Assembly: GCA_050230475.1 (NCBI GenBank)
Contig: JBFLGF010000122.1
Span: 1 to 64,000, forward strand
Origin: Ancylonema sp.
Taxonomy: Eukaryota
DNA length: 64,000 nt
Reading direction: 5' to 3'
The notes beneath the pieces are model-generated. The model ran no database searches and had not been told where the DNA came from. It was given only the letters and a program-made list of their open reading frames with translations. Below, in pieces: positions 18,001 to 29,335 of the stretch. The translations under genes were made by a program, and so were the position numbers. Every line of letters starts with the position of its first letter. Position 1 is the first letter of the stretch.

Positions 18001-20157
18001 AACTTCCATCGGATTTTCTGCTCTGAGTGGTTAGAAGCCGGTAACGAGTCACACACACCAACTCGAATAGATGCTCGATTTGCCCGCTACATCCGAATAT
18101 GAGCGTGGGTAAAACCCGTGGGTGCAGTGTGCTTTCATGCACTTTTTACTGCATGTGACCCTCTTCCCTTTACCTTTTCCCTTTACCACACTCAAAATCC
18201 CAAACCTCGAAGCCTTCGTGTTAAGGAAGTATTCGCTTCTGGAATTATTAAACTTTACTTTTTATTTTTGAGGTTTTAGAGTGAATCTCGTTTCCCCCGG
18301 TTTTCAAGGATTTCTTACATCGGAATTTTAATGCACAAGCACGCATTGGCTACACTCAACGTTTCTCATGCCAAGGTTTCTTACAACGAGGTTTCTTCCA
18401 TCGAGGTTTCTTATAGCGAGGTTTCTTTCAATCTTGTTTCTTACAACAAAGTTTCTGACAGCGAGGCTTCTTAAAGCGAGATTCGAGTGTACTTGGAGAA
18501 AATATATTGTTTTGAGGAACCAACATTACTTTCGCCGCAGTTCGTCTCCTTGTTGATTGTTTCTCTTAGCGCAACAATGACAATGATACTGACATTATAG
18601 CAACAACTTGATCGGACTTGATAACGATAGCAATACACACATACTTACATATACACATATATATACACATATACACATATACACATACACATATTAGATA
18701 CACATATACATATTATATACACGTATACCAAAAATATTGATGGGTTTCATTCTCAAACTTGATCATGGTCGTTGTTTCATAAGAAACCCAAGCAATAGTC
18801 AAAGAACTCGACGTTTTCTTTGGTATCACAGATTGGGAATCCAAAGTCGAATGACCGAGAAAGCCAACGCTATCCGTGTCAAGGCCGAAGCGTGCGGGGG
18901 ATTGGAGATTTGCACGTTTGGATGGCCGGGAGAAGAAACGAGACGAGAGATGAAGAAATCTATGGCGTTACTTGGGCGACAGGGCATACCTGCCACCGCG
19001 AATATCGCACGGGGATGCTACATGGCGCAACAGGTAGAGTGTTTTCTGTCCCCTTACCCCTCCAAAAAATAAATAAATAAATAATAAATCCTTCGTTGCT
19101 GTAGGGACGGACTTTGTTTCTTCTCTTTTTCACTGAATGATGACGACATAGATTGGTGCTTCGCTTCGCACGTGCTCTTTTATTTTCTTATGCGATCTTG
19201 AGTCGCATTTGCTTGTATAGATTTGTTGAGTTTCAAAAATATGCATGGTCATGAACCGCGATCTGTTTGGAGATTGAATACATCTTTACAAAGAGAACCC
19301 GTTTCCGATGGTCATACATGTTATTATGTCATTGAATTATTCTTACACATTCTCCGATGTTCATACATTATCCACTTGGAAATAATCATTGAATCATGCC
19401 ATGAACGCATCCTAAAGAAGCGCAGCTATCACATAAGTTGGCTAACATAAAATGAGATGACTTTTCCTCTTATAGTTCTCGTTTCCTCTTATTCTTTCAG
19501 ATCAATCCCACGGAACGGTTTATCGGCCTAGTTTGCGACGTTTGCTTGAGGCCGATGCTAAAAGTGAGGGGGGGAAACAATTCGTCTAATTCGTCTAGAC
19601 TTCCAATTGTGATGCACTTTCGCCCTTAGTATTGATTTAATCTGTCGTCATGATGAAGTTCCCAAATATTGTGGTTGTGTGAATATACACTCGTAATACT
19701 CATAATATTACCTCGATCTACTCATAATAGTACCTCGATATTGTCATAACATTACCTCGATATACTCATAACATTATTTCGATACACTCATAATAATACT
19801 CATTATAGTACCTCGATGTACTCAAGATAATACTCATTGACCTCGATATAACATCCCTCCAAATGGAATTTGTTTTTATCAAGTTACTTTTCTAAGTGTC
19901 CCCTCGATATAGCGATAACCCCGATATAACGGCACATTTTCCTAAATATTTTTATCGCCCTATCGAGGGTAACAATATCTTATGCGACTAGAAATTGAAT
20001 CTCACTATACTACCTGTCTTCTTTGGTTCCGCAGCAATCGAAGTGCGACAAGTGCAAAAAGCGGTCCTATTGCTCCGAAGTCTGCCAAAGGAAGGATTGG
20101 AATGAAGGGCACAGAGAAAAATGTCCTTTGCTCGCAAAACCAAAAAAGAAAAAATAG
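15016..20157 (+). CDS. Multi-exon gene (possibly pseudogene) with C-terminal MYND zinc finger and an unrecognised N-terminal region
   Basis: The last exons 19501-19563 and 20035-20157 join in phase 0 to CDVCLRPMLKQSKCDKCKKRSYCSEVCQRKDWNEGHREKC, a full MYND consensus. Upstream exon candidates: 15016-15513, 16203-16352, ~16533-16588, 16861-16997, 17731-17833, ~17964/17992-18040, 18832-19033. Middle structure is uncertain; in-frame TAA at 16877-16879. Confidence 0.7.
17090..17215. repeat. ~18-bp tandem minisatellite (GTACGGACTACATGAT-like)
   Basis: Recurrent TACGGACT core at about 18-bp spacing. Confidence 0.7.
18360..18482. repeat. 15-bp tandem minisatellite (GAGGTTTCTTACAAC-like)
   Basis: About 8 units; explains the RFL-repeat ORF at 18368. 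Confidence 0.75.
19690..19852. repeat. ~23-bp tandem minisatellite (TACTCATAATAGTACCTCGAT-like)
   Basis: Repeated units within the last intron of the MYND gene. Confidence 0.7.
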
Positions 20158-21724
20158 TTTTGCCGCGACCGTGAACCTTTTTTTTTTGTTTTTTTGTTTT
20201 TGTTTTTTGTTTTTTTTTTGTTTTTGGAGTTTATCTACCACGGAGTTTTGCCACAAGAATGGTAAAAAATGCGTTGTAGATGCCAACTACAGTGGGTGGT
20301 GAGGTCTTTGTTGTTTTCCCCCGATTGCTAGTGAAACGACATGTATAGGGAATTATGTACCATACTCTTTTTTTTTGGTCGTGTGGCCATTTTTGTCAAA
20401 GGAAGCACTCACTTTATTCATTGTATCATCACGAGTCACAGTCAAGGAGTGTGTAGTGTTTCTCGGCACGTTAAGAGTTGAGTCTCACGATGATCTTGTC
20501 AATTACCTTGGGTGTGTTATTCCATGTGTGATTGCACATTTTGTACATGCGTGTATCACGACAGACTGAAGGAAGGACAAAGTGCAAAGTGTACGGCATG
20601 AGGCTCTAGTGAATCTTAATCGGGTACAACTTTTAGACATAACCTATTTATGTATTAATTGTTAAATAATCATCGTTGTTCAATCATCGTTAGTTTTACG
20701 ATTTACCGTTTATATTCGGAAAGATACACTCACTATGTACACATTGTTGAACATGTGTACAAAATAAACGTAACCGGCCCAGATATCGAGTTTCGAGTTT
20801 TGTGCAAATGTTGTAACAAAGAACACATGTTTGACTTGTACATTATTCGCAAAACAAAATCTTTAAAAAATGCTTGTCGGCTCACCCGATATTCAGCCTA
20901 CAAGTGGTTCTTTTTCAAGGTATACGCGACAACAACCACTTGTCTGAAATTCACTTGAAAATCTTTTGTAGAGGCATACCGTGGTTTTGCACGAGGTAAA
21001 ACCTCAAGGTTCTATTACGGAGAGTGAGCCTCCCCATCAAATATTTCAAGCTTTACTCTAGAAGTCTTCTCAACAATAGCCCCATATTGTTGGAAAGGAG
21101 GTTTACGAGTCAACTCGAGTCAACAAACATAACTCGAAACCCATTCACGACTTATTCACGATTCCCCCGACTTCCACTCGTTTGCCACTTTGTCTCAACC
21201 CCTCTATGTCTAACGCCCTCTATATTTACCCCACTCTGTAGTTAACCCACTCTATATTTCACAACCTCGTTTTATGGGTCCTAATTATCGCCTCCACAAC
21301 TACATGAGGCTCAGTGATCACCTCCACGTATGTTATTATTATTATTTCATTTTACAATTGGCTTTTATCGCCCTTATTGCGTCTCCACCCCCCCTCGGAG
21401 CTCTCCACCTCAATTCAAAATTTAGGGGTTAGGGTTTCGGTTGCAGGGTTTAGGGTCCAGCTGCCACGCCAGTGTACCCGCCAGATGTCACCACCCCAGA
21501 CTCCGACGTCTTCACACTGAAAGGGGGGGGGGACGGAAACGGAGGCGACACGGGTGAGCATTCCAATGCTGATTTTTTTGTACTTGTTGAAGAGCGACGC
21601 TTCTTTTCGACTCTCTTTGTTCCTTCTTTGACGCAACACATAGAGTGCAGTGGAACATCGACCCATGATTGCCTCCGAAAAACAGAGGAGCGAAAGCACA
21701 TTTATCCTCCGCCGTAAGGACGAA

Positions 21725-21880
21725 CGTAGGTTGGGTAACTGTCGGGTAACGGTTGGTTAACGGTCGGGTAACGGTTGGTTGACAGTCGGGTGACGGTCGG
21801 GTGACGGGTGGGTAACGGTCGGGTATCGGTTGGGTGACGGTTGGGCGACGGATGGGTAACGTCTCGGTGACGGTTGGGGT
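21725..21880. repeat. Degenerate 12-bp tandem repeat (GGGTAACGGTCG-like)
   Basis: About 12 units; gives the spurious PTVT-repeat ORF. Confidence 0.75.
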
Positions 21881-22438
21881 CATTGTCCCCTCCCGCCACA
21901 CGTATCGCTTGGGGACTATCTCCGAGTCCAATTCCACCACTCCATCTTCCCACTATCACGAAACTATCACGAAACTACCACGAAACTACCACCAAAGCTT
22001 AAGCTTAAAGCTCCAAAACGCTTGTATACCACACGCCTAATCGCCTATGCCCCTATACGCCTATACACTATACGCCTATGCGCCTAAACATATTACCCAC
22101 CCCCCCCCGGACCACCCTTGCCATCATGCTCCGCTTTTTCTCAAAGTTGTAGTTGTGATTGCTCTGAGGGCACATAGATTATCATGTGTGACTGTATCAA
22201 GGTTCAACTTACCTGGGGAGGAGAATTTGTGTACGTATACTCAATTGAGACGGACACAACCCAACCCCCAACATCAAGTGTAGACGGGATTAATGACTAC
22301 CCTACCAAGGTGAAGGTTTCGGTGAATCAGCATTGGCCGGTTTACCCGGTTATCTCATTATCTCATTATCATGTTATCCACGTTGAGCGGTCACCCCATA
22401 ACCCCATAATCCCATAACCCCATAGCCCCATAACCCGG

Positions 22439-23819
22439 TTACCTTGTGACCACCACGTAGAGTGCGTAGACGAGACCCGGAATGTATCCCAGAATGGTGA
22501 GGAGAACGGAAATCTGCGGGAATGACGACCACGGGATGTATCAGAATAGAGGGGGTATCAATGTGGGGAGGTTCGTTGAAATAGCGGTCAGTTTTGGCAC
22601 TGACAATCAAGTGCTACATGCGAGAGGGCTCCAATCTTCGTCTTTGTTTGCCGAGGAGCAGAGGTATGGAATGTAATAAAGAAGAGGGTTTATTATTATG
22701 GGAGGTGTGTCGTGGGATATTTGTCATATGTGATCTTCTACGCTCCAGATGTGTCTATACGGACACCTAGGAAGACTTAAGAAAGACTTATGAAACTGAT
22801 TGTTGTATCGAACGTTTAATAATTCGAATGTGAATCACAAATTGTGCATAAAAAGTGAGAAGATGCCCAAGATAGGGGTTCTTTTGAACAACACTTCCGT
22901 ACTGCGAGGTATCCTTTACCGAAGTTTTAATGTTTTGTACGGATGTACGATCGTAATGAAAAGCAAACAGAATCAACCGGAAAATGGTTTCTTTAGCAAG
23001 TTTCAATTCAAATTCACGGGATGAAGAGCCGCTAACAAAATATTACACAAACAGATTTATATCATACGAAAATTAGCCGTCGTGACGACGAGGTGTTGCT
23101 TCTAGACTCGACGCATTTCCGCAATATATATATCCCGAGTGTAAGTTTGTCCAGTGTATATTTTGTTGTGTGGGTCTAATGGTTGATTCACGCGCAGTCA
23201 CACCCAGATCTGGTGTACCAGAGAGTAATCCACAGTATAGTAAAACCTTTCAGAATTGATATTATCGGGACCGGGAAAAAATATTGATTAAGACAGGTTA
23301 TCGATTAATATTTCCCAGTTCCACTCTATTCCACAGCCACAGCTTACCCAGAACTCGCATCCGCACTCTTTCTTCATGAATACACCCTGCGACATCGAAA
23401 TGGATACTTGTCATACTCAACGTCTGTTGAAGTGCTGAGTTTCGGAGTTTGCGACGTCGCCCACTGTCACCTACACTGTTATGTATAGTGAACTGACATC
23501 ACGTTTGCTTCAGAAGGTCGTCATAAGTATCCTTATATCCAGGGTTGACTGCAATGTAGTGGAATATACGTTCCGGATCGGATCACGACCAGATGAAGGG
23601 AGGAGGGCTGCGAGAGTCTGAATTGAGATTCCCCTCTAATTTCTGTGTTTGGGATACTGCCGACACTGAAGGACAACATACAGAACACAAGTCGACACGA
23701 TGCCCACAATAGTAACCGATAGAGTTACGATAACCAGGAATGTGGCAGAGCTTGACGCTTACCAGTGGTGGCAAGAGAACGGCGGCCAACACCGCCAGGA
23801 AGTCCCATGCTCCTCCCAT
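22439..23819 (-). CDS. RCI2: RCI2/PMP3 (UPF0057) low-temperature/salt-responsive proteolipid, copy A, 56 aa
   Basis: Exons 23819-23763 (MGGAWDFLAVLAAVLLPPL), 23386-23348 (GVFMKKECGCEFW), 22513-22439 (ISVLLTILGYIPGLVYALYVVVTR*). Phase-0 GT-AG introns; probable 5'UTR intron ~24056-23824. Confidence 0.95.
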
Positions 23820-25125
23820 TGCTCTGGAGAATCCGTCAACGTGTTGACGAATTGCGGCGTTGACGAAGTCATGTCAGTTCCAAGCTGACGGAGTTCAATT
23901 TGGAGGACACAACAAATGCACAGCATACTTATGCTGGTTGAAACTGCATCAATTTCGCTAGATGGAAACGCTACATGATGGGTAATTCGTTGATCGGCAT
24001 GGTTGGAAGGAGCTGTGAGCAGCACGAACAGTAGGAATTACAACAACAACGCTCACCTGTAGACTCGGTGCGGTGCGAACGTCAAATTGGATCGGTGTAC
24101 GAAGAGTCGCAGGTGGGCTGTGGAATTTCAGCTCAGGCAGTGCAAACGGCAGTTGTTTCCCTCCAGAAAGTAGGGACCTCTCTGGGCTCTGGTAACAGTG
24201 CCCTGGGTACACGTGTTGTTGCAAGAGAGGCCAGGTGTGTATCTGGTGAATGCCAGGTGTCGTGTTGGGAGTATTGCATGGATCGACGGTTTGGATGCTA
24301 CCAGATGTCCATGGTGCGTCGAGCAAGAATCCAACGGTGAGATTAAAGCTTTATGACTTTTGGCCAAACTTCCGGTCGACAATCAAGATGGCATCCGGTT
24401 AAACGGCAAGCCACGCCGATCGCGGTTATCGAACTAAAAACGTATCCGAAATGTACGGACGGCTTTTATGCACCCGGTTTCATCACGGGTTTGGGCTCCC
24501 ATCCCGCACTCAGGAGCCGCGCTCATTCAATAGTCGAGCTGAAATACACGAAGGAGACGGAAAGTCTATGAGCCAGAACAACACGGCACGCTACGCCGTG
24601 TTCCCTACGCAACGCATGCCGTATTCCCCACCTCCGGCACACGAAATGGTCCATTACTGCCATATTGAGGTGTTAGGGGAATTCGGCAAGGAAAACAAGT
24701 TTCATGCCACTTGGTCTTCAAGTGGATGTAGCTTGGTTTCTACACCTTATGTTGTCTTTCGGGGTCGTTTGGCTCATTCTCGACGAAACCCTCAGTAGCT
24801 CAATCATGCTAACTACAATTGGTGACGGTCTACAAGTTTAAGAGAGGTGGTCAATGCTACAAGGTATTGTTTCTCGTCTTAATTTTTATATAATCGTAGT
24901 CTTACCGTGTACGTCTTTTCCCTAACGCTCTCTCACACTGTCGTCTTTCACAATCTGACATCCAATGTGGATGGCGAAAGGAAATAACTCCTTCACAAAC
25001 AAACACCAGCATTCCGCATCTTCGCAAAAAAAGAATCCGTTGTGCGCCGGCGTCCAGACAAATGCTTCCAGCACCCAATTGGAGGGGAACAACCGCCACA
25101 CACATCCGTGAAGGCCACCTAAATA

Positions 25126-25778
25126 CCGTACTGGGCACCGTAAATAATTTTTAATTCATTATTGAAACCCGAAAGTAATCATTTAAATTAATTACTAAAT
25201 GGTAGAAAAAGGATACTCAAAATCATTAATAAAATTCGTTTTAGAAATCATTTACGGGAAATTCGGGGTCGCTTGGATGTGACTCTAGATGTGATGAAAC
25301 GGGGTACACGACAAAGTAGGCACGTGCAAAAGGACAAATTTATGAACGAGCAACATTTACGACTTCATTAAACTACGTACCAGGCCCTAAAGTCTCACGA
25401 TATGGGAAATATTAGTGATTAGACGCGCTACAAGACAAATTAAGACCATTCATAACAACAAAATTGTGGCCGATCGAGATATCGCGACTAGTACGAGGGC
25501 TTTCCGCGTGCACTTGTGACGTCAAAATGTACGGTATATATGTGAGAATAAAGGCAAATCATTTGATTTTTTATCCCTAAATAAGGAAATATTTTAAGCT
25601 TTTTATTCCTACAATCTAGAATCATCCCCAAAAATCATTGATAATAACTAACGGATTCACGGAATCATCACCAAAAATCATCAATAATAACTAACGGAAT
25701 CCCGGGATCATTTTGAGACATCATTACGAAAATAATTAATTTTGGAAAAATAGAAATCATTTAGAGTGCCCAGTACGG
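25126..25778. mobile_element. Tc1/mariner-type MITE
   Basis: TIRs CCGTACTGGGCAC / GTGCCCAGTACGG with TA flanks. Shorter copy at 53063-53333; end fragment at ~39292-39306. Confidence 0.85.
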
Positions 25779-26329
25779 TATTTCCACTCCCTGTCCGGGG
25801 CACTGAACTAGTCCGATCCCCTCCCAAAATCAATTTTCTTCGATGACATATAAGCATTCGGTAGATAACGCAGTTAACGTGGTCCACGCGTGCAACACCA
25901 TTCCCGATGAGGATTTTTGGAACGACTAAGTCCAGGCTAGGCATCAATATCAGTCAAGTGGATGGTCAAAATGTCTCAATCTCGTCCGGGCGTATACACT
26001 AACAGAGGCGTTCCGAGGTTCAATTCCGTGAGGAAATGGTGATGAAACTGATGAAGAGGTCCCTGTGTAATCAGCTCCCGGGATGTTTCTATGTGAAGGG
26101 ATGACTGTACGGCGGACGACGAGGTTACTGTAGACTTTGGCACATCCAAGCACATTCCTCCGAATCCTATAATTAGTTTTAAACCAGAGTCCACAACACA
26201 AGAAGAGAAGTTTTAAAAGAGGAAGGGGATGAGAATACGTGGAAGTCGATTGATCACAGAGTTTGTACCGTGCCTATAATGAAAAAGAGTGTGTCAAACA
26301 AAAAGGAAAATTCGACAGCTAGACAATGA

Positions 26330-28060
26330 CATTTTGGCGCATTGGAAGGGAACAGTTTACCTAGTCGGGAAAAACAAGCTCGGAAAGGATATCATTTCCC
26401 GCTCTTCGACACGCTTTTCGTCCCCGAGCTGCACGTCAATCTTTACTCGTTGCAACATCTAACGAATTCAAGTGGAATCGTCGAGGAGCTGCCGAAAACA
26501 GTAGACGAAGAGGGAGTCTAGTGGCTTTGAAGAGTCCGGGGCAATATCTTCTCCCGCGTCAATCCGAGTGACAAGGGACGTCCTCTCTTAGACAATGGTC
26601 TGGCCGATTGTGAGCAACGGTTGCGGGAAGGACAAGTTGTAGTCTTCGCCGTACGATGCGGCAGCCATGGCTGCTATGAAGATTGGGCTGGTACGCCGCA
26701 GGTTGGGAACCTCCCCTGCTGCGAGTATTCGCAAGCTGGCAAGCGGGGGGCCCTGGGTGTGGGGTTAAGGGAGAAATGGCGGCCTAGCAGGAGTGCAAAC
26801 TTGGGAGGACCGTCAAGCATCCGCACCCGCCGACAGAACTAGGGTCCTGTGCACAAAAATCACTAGAACAATCGCACGACGCGCCAAGCCCATTGCCACC
26901 GGAAGCACGACTTGGGAGCATAAATTGGGCATCCATTGTGTAAGGAAAATCAGAAATTCAGAAAAGGGTGCTAGAGGGGAAAGCGGAGGTGGATGCGGAA
27001 GCAGGGGGACTCGATCGAAACTCGTCACACGGTGATGGCGAAAAACACTGGGGAGTGAAACTTATCGAACAAAAAGCGGAGAAGGGCATATTGGTGGTGG
27101 GCACCATTTACGGGAAGCCTGTGGATGTTGGGGTCGTGGAGGCAAATCGGATGTTGTATAAGTGCTCGCGTTCGGTAATGGCTGAGATGGATCCCCCCGT
27201 GGTGTCGTTACTGTTAGAATGAATAATGGCAAAACATTGTGTTATCGATAGTTTTTCGATTTGTCATTTCTTTCATCGATATTGCAATAAATGTGTGGAG
27301 TATCGATAACTTTCTAAGTAACTTGGTGTGAGCAAACAAGACGTGATTACAAGAGTCGGTACCAAGTTTACAACTTGTATTCGATACATCGACTTTTGGT
27401 GACATTTCGAATCTAGCGGGCTTCTCCCGTAGAGTCTACCAACACGGATCTTTTGTCATACACGTCATGATGTGGATAGGGCTGGGCACACTTGTGCCAA
27501 ATTTTGCTCCGAATATCTAAGGCGTTTTTGTGGCTAGTGCTCAATATTTATATCTCACCAATTTGCGCTTGCAATCGTGTTTTGCTTTCGTGTAATTTCA
27601 TGGAGAAGTTTTACATCGTTGAATTCTAATCTGGATTTAGTCAATCCGTTTCTAGAAGAATGGCTCGAAATGAACATCGTATTAGAGCGAGTAAAGGCGG
27701 CGTAAGAGCCGGCCTGACTTTAACGGAGACGAATTGGGTTCCATGGTATGGCAAGATGAAATCGGGTATCCTAGTCAACGGAACTGGATATTGTCGATGG
27801 GACGGAAGTGCGTTCGGGAACACCACCTCCCGCCATTCCGGGTACAGGTGGCGCGGTCACGAATCAGGCTGCGATAGATGTAGCCGTGAAAGCTCGACCC
27901 GATTTCGGTAAAGAGGTTGTGAAGGCAGCAAGCTTGATTGTGCAGAGTCTCAGCGACGAAATTTATATGGCTGTCGATTCAGTGAGCACGGATCCCAGAG
28001 AAATGTGGTTTCGGCTAATGGCCCGTTTTGAGCGTAAGTCCGCTAAGGAAGCAGATCGAA
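26330..28060 (+). mobile_element. Degenerate Ty1/copia remnants (protease/pre-integrase fragments, possible LTR ~27212-27444, gag fragment)
   Basis: DTLFVPELHVNLYSLQHL (~26408), LVRRRLG (~26690), a TGTTAG...CCAACA segment, and gag-like LTETNWVPWYGKMK and ASLIVQSLSDEIY...DPREMWFRLMARFE (27660-28060), with frameshifts. Confidence 0.6.
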
Positions 28061-28389
28061 GTCTTGCCTTGTATGGATTATTAATTGGGGGAAAGATTTA
28101 TTTAGAGGGAGTAGTGGGAGATTTGTATTGGGTAGTTTCCTTGATATTTATGGTGTGGACGACGGATTCTGGGACCATACTATTGGCCGGATCCGCTTAG
28201 TATTTGTGTTGTAGTTATGTCGCCGAATTTGTTATATATTTGCTAACTATTAGTTTCAGCCGCACATGAGTTCGATGAACGGCGCCAATTGATTCCAGGA
28301 GATCCGGATGGCAAATGAGTTTGCATTACATTGTTTCAAAACGAGTCAGGAAACGTGGCTAGGCTAGTCGAGTAGATGTTAAATGATAA

Positions 28390-28992
28390 GAGCATCAACT
28401 ATGGTCGGACTACTCGGGCCGGACTACTATTTTGCGCCACGAACCGGGTCGAATCTGGTCGAATTTCCCGTACTATGGTCGGGACTGTACAACTTTCGAG
28501 GGACTACGAGTTGTCCTTTTTAAAGCGCCATGACAAGTTCTAGGCGATGTTGTCCGGGAGGACTACTGACTAGTCTTTCAGACTAACGAATCAGAGGCGC
28601 TGAGATGACGCGGCCCAGATCTCGTCAAAAAAAATAAACGACCGCGATGAACATCCCGGTGACGATTCGAAAAATGAAATATTGACGGACGGATGTTGGT
28701 AAATTCTGAGCGACAAATCCCGTCGTACGTTGCGCTCTAATTTTACGACCTCAAACGAGCCACATCCACATTTTCCCAAGCGGATCTACTAATTGACGGC
28801 CACGATGTTCCGCCTGACGCGAAATTGCTGAGGTGGCAATAGTCCACGATCTTGTCCCTGACCATAGTGCGGCGACAAAATTTGGCGAGCCAATGCCCCG
28901 ATGACATTCAGTCTGCGAGGACAACTCGGGCGGTTAACCTGGACTACTCGGCGAGTTGTCCTTCAAAAGTAGTCCGACGATAGTTGATGCTC
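28390..28992. mobile_element. PIF/Harbinger (Tourist-like) MITE
   Basis: TIRs GAGCATCAACTATGGTCGGACTAC / GTAGTCCGACGATAGTTGATGCTC with a TAA target duplication on both sides. Confidence 0.9.
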
Positions 28993-29038
28993 TAAGGTGA
29001 CCAAAATTGTTACTTTTGGTTTTCCATATGGATGCAAG

Positions 29039-29335
29039 CATAGTGGGTCCCCGAGCCGGTAAATATGCGCGCCGAAAAATGCGGGCTCGCAAAATCCGCG
29101 AGCGGAGCGGAACCCACGGGAAAAAACAAAAAAAGAAATGGTAGCCCCGTCCCCCGCTAAGGAGTGGACTGTTATGCTTGCGTAATATTTTTTCATAACA
29201 CCTTGTACTCCGTCATTATCCCGTCCCGTTCGCAATTCCCCCTTGTCGTTTGCAAGCTACAATTCTGTCGTTTAGCACGTCTCCCGTTCATCGGCCGGGC
29301 TCGCAAATTCCGCGAGGGGAGCGGGACCCACGATG
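29039..29335. mobile_element. hAT-type MITE
   Basis: TIRs CATAGTGGGTCCC / GGGACCCACGATG; perfect 8-bp TSD GATGCAAG (29031-29038, 29336-29343). Confidence 0.9.

Noticed and set aside
17090..19852. Regularly spaced short repeats as a CRISPR-like array
   Set aside because: Head-to-tail degenerate minisatellites without unique spacers, in eukaryotic introns, with no cas genes.
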